From: Patescibacteria group bacterium
Lineage (GTDB): Bacteria; Patescibacteriota; Microgenomatia; UBA8517
Direction: 5' to 3'
DNA length: 64,000 nucleotides
Assembly (NCBI GenBank): GCA_022868165.1
Contig: JALHYA010000001.1
Span: 12,937-76,936 of the forward strand
Within the stretch, counting starts at the first letter, position 1; each line of letters begins with the position of its first letter. The notes under the pieces were generated by a model. The model was not told where the DNA came from, made no database searches, and saw nothing but the letters and a program-made list of their open reading frames with translations. Below are positions 57,172-64,000 of this stretch, one piece after another. The position numbers were made by a program, and so were the translations under genes.

Positions 57172-57471
57172 CTATTTTTTTATTACTCTGCCGACCACAA
57201 AATAACCGTTATGTGTTTTATCGGTCCCACTTAATGCTTCTTCTTGGGGAAGACAGTTTTGGGGAGCAACTTCGTCTATACGCAAAACGTTTTCGAGTCC
57301 CATTGTCTGGCTTGTAGGTTCGACATCGTCGGTATTAACTTCCGAAAGCTGACCGACATAATCTACTACTTCCAATAGTTGGTTCTGCAAAATTGGAAGT
57401 TCTTTGTCGCCTATATCGAGGCGGGCGAGTTTGGCTACATGTAGGACATCTTTTTCCGAAAGTTTTGCCAT
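57172..57471 (-). CDS. gatC: Asp/Glu-tRNA amidotransferase subunit C
   Basis: V.HVAKLARL...V.QLSEVNTDDVEPT. Confidence 0.93.
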   Translation of the reverse strand: MAKLSEKDVLHVAKLARLDIGDKELPILQNQLLEVVDYVGQLSEVNTDDVEPTSQTMGLENVLRIDEVAPQNCLPQEEALSGTDKTHNGYFVVGRVIKK

Positions 57472-57509
57472 ATTTTTGCTACTTTACCATTTCTTTTGAA
57501 ATGGCAAGC

Positions 57510-59291
57510 TCAGCTTATCATTTTTTCGAACTCCTTCAAGCTCCTTGTATTTACAATATCATCTTTGGTTGCCCAGCCTCTTCTGGCCACGGTAATCCCA
57601 TATTGCATATTATCTAAACCGTTCTTGTGGTGGGCATCGGTACCCATGCTCAGCATAATTCCTTCTTTCACGGCTTCTTTCACCAAAGTATCGGGTAAAT
57701 CCAGCCTGATAGGGTCGGCATTTATTTCCAACCATTTGTCGTTTTTTAAGCAAAAATCGAATATCTTGGGCCAATCGACTTCAACACCTTCCCTTTCGTT
57801 CAATTTTCTGGCGGTAGGGTGGGCGAATACCCTAACTTTTGGGTGCTCTAATGCCTTTAATACGCGCGATGTCATCTTCTCGCGGGGAAGATCAAAGCTT
57901 GAATGAATCGAAACAAGGGCAAAATCCAAAGTATCCATTCCTTCATCCGGAACAGGCAATCCGCCTTCGGGCAAAATGTCGATTTCGAGGCTATTGAACA
58001 CTTTTTGTACGCTTTTACAATGACTTTTCACAAATGAGTAATTTAATTTGTCTACAGCCTCACGCTTACGCATGAGTAAATCTATTATCTGTTTCTCGTT
58101 ATGTCTGCTTTTGCTTGGGTTATGCTCCGTGAAAGCTATATATTCATAATTAAGCGAATCCGCTCTCTCGATTACTTCCTCCATTGTGGATGCACCAATA
58201 TCGTGGCTTGTTTCTATGTCGAAGCTTGAGTGTATCTGAAGGTCGGCTTTGATGTCGGCGAGTTCGACCAGGACAGGGAGTTTTTGGGATAAAGCGGACT
58301 CAATCTCCCCCGAATCTTCCCTAAGCTCTGGAGGAATCCATTCCATGCCCAAGAATTTATAGAAACTTTCCTCGTCGTTAAACTTTCGAATTTCGTGCTT
58401 CGAATTTCGTGCTTCGCGAATACCGTATTCGCTTAAGCTCAAGCCTTTCTTAAGCGCGTATTCGCGTAGGGCAATATTATGGTGCTTTGAGCCCGTAAAG
58501 TGCTGCAAAAGAGCTCCGTATGCCTCGGGAGACTGAACCATGAGGTCAACCTGAATATCGCTGGGAACGATAATTGAGGCTGTCCGGTCCCCTTTTTCGA
58601 TAATTCTTGTCAACTTCGGATACTTTGTGAAGTGCCCCAAAACCTCTTCCGGCTTTTTGGTGGCAACAGCAATATCGATATCTCCGACTGTTGCTGCCTC
58701 GCGTCTAAGGCTACCCAGCGTATTAATCTCCATAACCGACTTGTTTTGTTTCATCCATTCAATTACACCTTCAGCCGTAGCTTTGGCATATGGAAGAAGC
58801 ATTCTGCGGGTTTTTCCTTTGGACTCCTCCAAGGCCGTGAGAATTTTACTCTGGGACTCCTCCCCAAAACCTTCCAATTTTGCTATTTTGCCCGACTTTG
58901 CGGCCTTTTCAAGGTCGGCCAAACTCTTTATCCCAAGCTCCTTGGCAAGCCTGAAGCCGGTTTTTGCTCCCACGCCGGGAAGCTCCATAAATTCGAACAT
59001 TGCGGGAGGCAAACCTTTCATAACAGCCTCGAAATGTTTGGACTTTCCGGTTCTGAATAGCTCGTCCAAATGTTCGGCGATAGATTTTCCTATTCCGGGT
59101 ACCTCATCAAGCTTTGCGTCGTCCCAAAGGTCCTTAAGCTCGCTGGAGGCGTGTTCTATGGCATCCGCGGCCCTTTGGTAGGCAATAATCCTGAATTTGT
59201 TCCTATCGGCATCTTTTAGCTCGTAAGCTGCGGCTACTGAGCGCAGAAGCTCCGCAATCTGAAGATTATTCATCTCTTTGGAAGTCTTCAT
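57510..59291 (-). CDS. polX: DNA polymerase X with PHP domain
   Basis: HhH repeats, GSLRR..TVGDID, HFTGSK.HN, WIPPELRE, TDAH. Confidence 0.95.
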   Translation of the reverse strand: MKTSKEMNNLQIAELLRSVAAAYELKDADRNKFRIIAYQRAADAIEHASSELKDLWDDAKLDEVPGIGKSIAEHLDELFRTGKSKHFEAVMKGLPPAMFEFMELPGVGAKTGFRLAKELGIKSLADLEKAAKSGKIAKLEGFGEESQSKILTALEESKGKTRRMLLPYAKATAEGVIEWMKQNKSVMEINTLGSLRREAATVGDIDIAVATKKPEEVLGHFTKYPKLTRIIEKGDRTASIIVPSDIQVDLMVQSPEAYGALLQHFTGSKHHNIALREYALKKGLSLSEYGIREARNSKHEIRKFNDEESFYKFLGMEWIPPELREDSGEIESALSQKLPVLVELADIKADLQIHSSFDIETSHDIGASTMEEVIERADSLNYEYIAFTEHNPSKSRHNEKQIIDLLMRKREAVDKLNYSFVKSHCKSVQKVFNSLEIDILPEGGLPVPDEGMDTLDFALVSIHSSFDLPREKMTSRVLKALEHPKVRVFAHPTARKLNEREGVEVDWPKIFDFCLKNDKWLEINADPIRLDLPDTLVKEAVKEGIMLSMGTDAHHKNGLDNMQYGITVARRGWATKDDIVNTRSLKEFEKMIS

Positions 59292-59330
59292 ACAAATCCA
59301 TTATATATGGATTTCGTGGATATTTTGAGG

Positions 59331-59404
59331 CGGGGCTGACGAGACTCGGACTCGCGACCTTCCGCGTGACAGGCGGACGCTCTAACCAACTGAGCTACAG
59401 CCCC
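59331..59404 (-). tRNA. tRNA-Asp(GTC)
   Basis: TCCGC-CTGTCAC-GCGGA; T-loop TCCGAGT. Confidence 0.93.
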
Positions 59405-59517
59405 AAACCGCTTGTATTTTATCATCCCAAGTAATTACGGTCAAAATGCCCTTGACTTATAGCATATGATACTTTAAATTCAGCACACATCTTCCTGCCT
59501 TAAGGAGGTGAACAAAT

Positions 59518-60066
59518 CTGAATATAAAAGACACTCTTAAGGCAATCAAACTCAACGAATCTACTATCAGCATGATATTGGGAGCATTGGTTATTGTTGT
59601 TGTCGCTGTTTTGGTAGTCAATTATTTCAAAGACCAAAAAGGGACTTCCCTACCCTTCCTTTCTAAGCAAGGCACCGAACAAACCGAGCAAACAGGCGCA
59701 AAAACCCACACGGTAGTCCAAGGAGAAAATCTTTGGCAAATAGCCGAACAATATTACGGTTCGGGTTATAACTGGGTTGATATTGCCAATGCAAATAATA
59801 TTGCCGATGCCAACCAAATCGAAGTCGGACAAAAACTAAATATTCCCGATGTTACGCCTAAACAGGCAACTACAACCGCTGTTGAACAAAAGGCTCCAAA
59901 TGCAATAACCGGAGCTACATATACTGTCGTTCACGGAGATAATCTATGGAATATTGCAGTCCGAGCTTACGGAGACGGTTATAAATGGGTAGAAATTGCG
60001 AAAGAAAACAAACTGGTTAATCCCAATATCATCCACGCAGGAAACGTTCTAACGCTTTCTAGATAG
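59518..60066 (+). CDS. Membrane-anchored double LysM protein, possible CTG start
   Basis: Two HTV/YTVV.G.NLW.IA...YG.GY.WV.IA..N repeats; AGGAGGTG ends 7 nt before in-frame CTG 59518. Confidence 0.9.
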   Translation: MNIKDTLKAIKLNESTISMILGALVIVVVAVLVVNYFKDQKGTSLPFLSKQGTEQTEQTGAKTHTVVQGENLWQIAEQYYGSGYNWVDIANANNIADANQIEVGQKLNIPDVTPKQATTTAVEQKAPNAITGATYTVVHGDNLWNIAVRAYGDGYKWVEIAKENKLVNPNIIHAGNVLTLSR

Positions 60067-60098
60067 GTGCATATGGCTGGTGTATAATTCGCATAGTT

Positions 60099-60169
60099 GC
60101 GGGATTAGTACACCGGTAGTACGCCACCTTCCCAAGGTGGAGAAGCGAGTTCAATTCTCGTATCCCGCT
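60099..60169 (+). tRNA. tRNA-Gly(CCC)
   Basis: CCACC-TTCCCAA-GGTGG. Confidence 0.93.
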
Positions 60170-60176
60170 CAGTTGT

Positions 60177-60794
60177 ATGATTGAAAGAATTACTTTGCCA
60201 GGAGAAATAGATGGACATGGGTTCCTCGAAATGTACTTACGAGAATGTATCTATTTAAACTGTGATAGTGGTATTAATTATTTACCAAAACCCTACGAGT
60301 ATGCTGATATTCAACAAGCAAGAATTGATCCATCAGAAGTAAAACCAACGGCAAAATATGTCTTGCGAAGCAATCTGGCAACAATTGAAGCTTTGGACAA
60401 AGAGCTGTCAACACAAGGAATAGATATATTTAATCTCCACGGTGTTATAAAGATAGATGACAATAACTATATTTGTCCTCCTATTTTAGAGGTTTGGAAA
60501 GAAAAACCTTACAACGGAATTCCTGTCATAGTTGACGGACTCCATCGCTTATATATTGCCAGAAAAAGAGGCATTGAGATAAATTGCGTCCTAATTTCCG
60601 GTGAAATCTCCAGTATGCTTCCTGTATTACCACTGACAGGTTGGCATGAAGTGGTTGAACAAGACGCTGTACCCAAAGATAAACGTAACTATCACCCGGG
60701 AATACCGGCTCATTGGAAACCTCACGAGTTATATAGACGGAGATTTCATGGTTCTACGGGTCCAAGAATAGTTTTGAGTACAAGTAATACCTGA
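60177..60794 (+). CDS. ParB/Srx-like domain protein
   Basis: PPILE...VIVDGLHRLYIARKRG. Confidence 0.65.
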   Translation: MIERITLPGEIDGHGFLEMYLRECIYLNCDSGINYLPKPYEYADIQQARIDPSEVKPTAKYVLRSNLATIEALDKELSTQGIDIFNLHGVIKIDDNNYICPPILEVWKEKPYNGIPVIVDGLHRLYIARKRGIEINCVLISGEISSMLPVLPLTGWHEVVEQDAVPKDKRNYHPGIPAHWKPHELYRRRFHGSTGPRIVLSTSNT

Positions 60795-60887
60795 TTCTAA
60801 ATTTAACAAGGCCCGACCTGAGTACGCTTTCCAGCTCAGAAGATGGCGGAGAATAACCAATTTTGCTCTCAAAATTGTTGACTCCGC

Positions 60888-61430
60888 TCAGCCGCCTATT
60901 ACTCCTCCTAAGTGAATTTCTGCATCTCTCCACAAAGGATTTAGATAGGCGCGGGCTACTGCCTTCTCGAACAGTACGGGTTCCAAGTCTTCGTCGTAAG
61001 ACTTTAGTAGTTCTGACTTTGCTCCAAAAATTTCAAACCGTTCTCCAAAACCCGACTCGTTTCCCGCGTACCACCAAACCGCAATTTTCCAAGCACCAGG
61101 TTGGACTCCGGGTAAAACGTTGTCAGTGGCCATAATCAACCTTTTCTCTCCAGGCCAAATTAGATGTAAGGATATCTTACTTGCATCTTCGACTAATTCT
61201 TGTTGCTCCACTTCTACCCCTCTCAATCTTTTTATAACTATAAGCTCTCCCAACAGAGCCTCCAGGCGTGTATGCTCCAGAAATCTATCAAAGGAAACAA
61301 GGTTCTTTTTCCTAGCCCGGGCAAGTAACTCCGCATTTTCCTGCACCTTTGTGTCCTCTTTCCTCGCTCCGAGTGCTTGCTTCTGTCTTTCCTCCCCTTC
61401 AAGGCGATGTAATATTTCAGCTAATGACAT
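60888..61430 (-). CDS. Hypothetical protein
   Basis: SD GGAGGTG; 180 aa. Confidence 0.65.
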   Translation of the reverse strand: MSLAEILHRLEGEERQKQALGARKEDTKVQENAELLARARKKNLVSFDRFLEHTRLEALLGELIVIKRLRGVEVEQQELVEDASKISLHLIWPGEKRLIMATDNVLPGVQPGAWKIAVWWYAGNESGFGERFEIFGAKSELLKSYDEDLEPVLFEKAVARAYLNPLWRDAEIHLGGVIGG

Positions 61431-61556
61431 TTAATTCACCTCCTTATTATGTTTGCAGTATTATTATATGATAGTCATGACAAAGTCAATATTGGTTCTA
61501 CTCCCATATCCCGCTCCGGCTTTGACTTCTCGATTTCTTCGTGATATTTTGTGCGT

Positions 61557-61754
61557 ATGGAAAGAGACAGAAATAGCGCTAGATTCGGCGTTTTAGAAGT
61601 CTTGGATAAAACCGGGGCGGATGCCGCTTCCAAAGGAGCAAGAAACGCTGCCAACTTTTTATTCGAAGTATCCAGAAAACTTAGTGCAAAATGGTGGCCA
61701 CGACGCATAGAAGATCCCAAAGCTGAAAGAGTTGCAGACGCTCACATCCCCTAA
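61557..61754 (+). CDS. Small hypothetical protein
   Basis: TGATATTT -10-like box about 7 nt before ATG. Confidence 0.45.
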   Translation: MERDRNSARFGVLEVLDKTGADAASKGARNAANFLFEVSRKLSAKWWPRRIEDPKAERVADAHIP

Positions 61755-61820
61755 TTATTTGGGGTGCTTCTTAATCACAACCTCGTCAGCCTCATTGATG
61801 ATATAATTCGAGTTAGTTAA

Positions 61821-61892
61821 GCCAACGTAGCTCAGCGGTAGAGCAGTCCCTTCGTAAGGGAAAGGTCGGTGGTTCAATCCCACCCGTTGGCT
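61821..61892 (+). tRNA. tRNA-Thr(CGT)
   Basis: Anticodon loop TTCGTAA; GCCAACG/CGTTGGC acceptor stem. Confidence 0.94.
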
Positions 61893-61895
61893 CAG

Positions 61896-62612
61896 ATGGC
61901 AAGGTATTACTCAAGGTTGGCATCGGTTGAAGAAAAGCGCAACATTCGCCGGGCTTTTATATTTGGAGTCCTCACAATCGCGGCGATTGTTTTTTTGTTC
62001 ACAATCGGCCTTAACGTACTTACAAAATTCGTGGGAGTTATTTCCGACTTAAGAAAAACGTCCACTCCAATCGAAAAAACGGATACCACTCCTCCACCGC
62101 CCCCACGACTTGATACTCTTCCGGATGCAACCAATAATTCCAAAATTCAGATAACAGGAAGCTCCGAACCCGGCTCCACGGTTGAACTTTTTGTTAACGG
62201 AGCAAAAAACGAATCTTTAGCCGGAAACGACGGTGTATTTTCTTTCGATATCTATTTGGATAACGGCTCAAATAACATTTATGCCACGGCGAAAGACTCG
62301 GCCGGCAACGAAAGCGGTAAAACTCCCACTTATGAAGTCATATATTCGAAAAATCCTCCCAAAATAGACATCTCCAGCCCAAGCGACGGGGCAAAATTCT
62401 ATGGTAATAAGCAGCAGCAGATTACTATTTCCGGCAAGACCTCTCCCGACTCTTCGGTTACCATAAACGATAGAATCGTCGGCCTCCAAGATGACGGCTC
62501 CTTTTCCTCGTCGGTTTTCCTCAATGATGGCGACAATACATTTAAGATAAAGGTTCAGGATAAGGCTGGAAATACGGCCGAAAAATCAATTACGGTTAAC
62601 TATTCTCCCTAA
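61896..62612 (+). CDS. Membrane-anchored protein with two bacterial Ig-like domains
   Basis: TM; DTTPP.PP; ITG..EPGSTV..FVNG; A.D.AGN twice; start re-called at ATG 61896. Confidence 0.85.
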   Translation: MARYYSRLASVEEKRNIRRAFIFGVLTIAAIVFLFTIGLNVLTKFVGVISDLRKTSTPIEKTDTTPPPPPRLDTLPDATNNSKIQITGSSEPGSTVELFVNGAKNESLAGNDGVFSFDIYLDNGSNNIYATAKDSAGNESGKTPTYEVIYSKNPPKIDISSPSDGAKFYGNKQQQITISGKTSPDSSVTINDRIVGLQDDGSFSSSVFLNDGDNTFKIKVQDKAGNTAEKSITVNYSP

Positions 62613-63774
62613 AGGAAGCTCCAAGGATTAACGCCATCCAGCCCAACACCCAAGGGTAAAAAAGACTGTTGGTAAAAAGACTATGGACAAAAACAGCAAC
62701 GATGCTTGATTTAAAAAACAATCCGTAAATGTCGGCAGAACTTCTGGTCCAAACAACAAAAATCAAATAAGAGAAAATTATGAGACCGAAAATTCCGGTT
62801 GTCGCCCAAATCATCAGAACACTCGAATCCAATCCTGTACAGGAATGCGAATCTTGGCCGACTTGTCCCAAGTACTTTATTTTTGCCTCGCACAGATTGT
62901 TGTAGCCTACTCCAAATAAAGGTGATTTTTTAATAATCTCAAAGGACTCGCTATAATTTTTAAGACGCGGATAGATGCTGCTTACTCTTTCCAATTTTAC
63001 TCCTTCGCTGGATGGCCTTGGAAGAGATACGGCAATTAAGACCAACCCCGCCAAAATCAATGCGAAAATCTTAATTTTCTTTTTAAGAAACAGAACTACA
63101 ACGCTGCCCGCAAGAAGTGCCAAATATGCCGCCCTTGCATAAGTAAACGCCGTGGTAATCAGAAGAAATGCTAAGGCAATCAAAAAGATTTTCTTCTTTT
63201 CTTGGAAAAATTTGACCAGGGCAATCAAAAAACCCAAAGCCAAAATTATTCCCGTAAATCCGGGGTCCAGGAACGTCGAAACCAGTCTATACAAATGGTC
63301 GTCCCAGCCGAGAAATTTTAACGAGGTAAGGTCGGGATATCTAAAATACTGGTACCATCCGAAGATTCCGACGACAACCGCCTCCAAAAGCAAGGCTTTC
63401 AAAACAAGTTCCTTAAATCCTTTTTTGTTTTTTGATAGGTTCCAGGCAAGAATAAACAAAAAGTAGTAAGCGACAAGACGCAGGAAATAAAGTGTGCCCG
63501 GCAAAAGACGCGAAACCTTAAAAAAGACAATCGAGAAGGCAAACGAATAGAGAAGCGATACAAAGAAAGCCCTAAAAGCTATAGTTCTCGGCTTGTCCGT
63601 TTTAGAAAATAAAACCAGTAAAAGCACAAAGCCTGCGATTAAATCGATAGGTTGAAGAACAACGCTCTGTCCGAAGATATTGAATACCAAACGGATGAGT
63701 TGTCCGAAGGGAAACAAGACCAACAAAATAAAAATTAGTTTTTCGCCTAGTGCGAGTGCTTTTGTTCTACCCAT
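62596..63774 (-). CDS. O-antigen ligase/Wzy-like membrane protein
   Basis: RLVSTFLDP.FTG, TYARAAY, SPLFGVGYN. Confidence 0.85.
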   Translation of the reverse strand: MGRTKALALGEKLIFILLVLFPFGQLIRLVFNIFGQSVVLQPIDLIAGFVLLLVLFSKTDKPRTIAFRAFFVSLLYSFAFSIVFFKVSRLLPGTLYFLRLVAYYFLFILAWNLSKNKKGFKELVLKALLLEAVVVGIFGWYQYFRYPDLTSLKFLGWDDHLYRLVSTFLDPGFTGIILALGFLIALVKFFQEKKKIFLIALAFLLITTAFTYARAAYLALLAGSVVVLFLKKKIKIFALILAGLVLIAVSLPRPSSEGVKLERVSSIYPRLKNYSESFEIIKKSPLFGVGYNNLCEAKIKYLGQVGQDSHSCTGLDSSVLMIWATTGIFGLIIFSYLIFVVWTRSSADIYGLFFKSSIVAVFVHSLFTNSLFYPWVLGWMALILGASFRENS

Positions 63775-64000
63775 AACTTGCTCCAGGACAGAAATGAATG
63801 GAAACTCATCATTAAGGCTATAATAATTCCTTGCGTGCCATCCAAGAAACCAAAACGAAATTTCCAGTTCCAAACAAACTTCCCCGCCGGCCAAAAAATA
63901 ATTTTTTGTAAAGATGAAGGTTTCCTCTCATCAATTTTAGCTCTGACGTCAATGTCGGACATCATATTTATATCATCTATAAATTCGTGAAGCGTTTGGT
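63747..64000 (-). CDS. Glycosyltransferase family 2, C-terminal part (runs off window)
   Basis: P..KF.W.....GFLDG.QG.IIA.MMSFHSFL..SKLW tail. Confidence 0.7.
   Translation of the reverse strand, partial: QTLHEFIDDINMMSDIDVRAKIDERKPSSLQKIIFWPAGKFVWNWKFRFGFLDGTQGIIIALMMSFHSFLSWSKLWVEQKHSH

Noticed and set aside
53199-57471. MFS gene inside gatC-gatA-gatB as a novel functional system
   Set aside because: Mixed-function operons are usual in compact genomes, and nothing in the sequence links the transporter to transamidation
58627-59181. Antisense ORFs within polX and other core genes (uvrA, dnaE, ppsA)
   Set aside because: They lie wholly opposite well-supported conserved genes and have no recognisable motifs

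Overview
Chromosomal segment of a small-genome bacterium, most likely Patescibacteria/CPR (Microgenomates, Woesebacteria-like). This is inferred from lineage-typical families (DUF5660-, DUF5652-, DUF192-like), short intergenic gaps and many apparently leaderless genes with a TAnnnT box 5-10 nt before the start codon; genetic code 11. Left end: a type III restriction-modification pair and a run of small orphan genes. Core content: tig, dinB, obgE, secG, uvrC/uvrA/uvrB, lexA, a gpmI-eno-ppsA-pgi/pmi block, holA, ruvC, rplS, dnaE, gatCAB, polX and 18 canonical tRNAs. Most notable: (1) two tandem GC-rich genes downstream of tRNA-Lys, each wrapped in the same non-coding frame (promoter, hairpin, boxA-like GCACCTTGACAA, strong SD, ORF, complement of the boxA-like motif, terminator); (2) a separately promoted tRNA-like RNA with a 30-nt anticodon arm joined to a ~225-nt multi-helix RNA and preceded by a similar boxA-like motif; (3) a TTCGG-N6-TTCGG candidate LexA box at lexA, uvrB and an orf-dinB pair; (4) a riboswitch-like leader on a cell-wall hydrolase gene; (5) an archaeal/eukaryotic-type DRG GTPase. 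All calls come from reading motifs by eye; no searches or folding programs were run.
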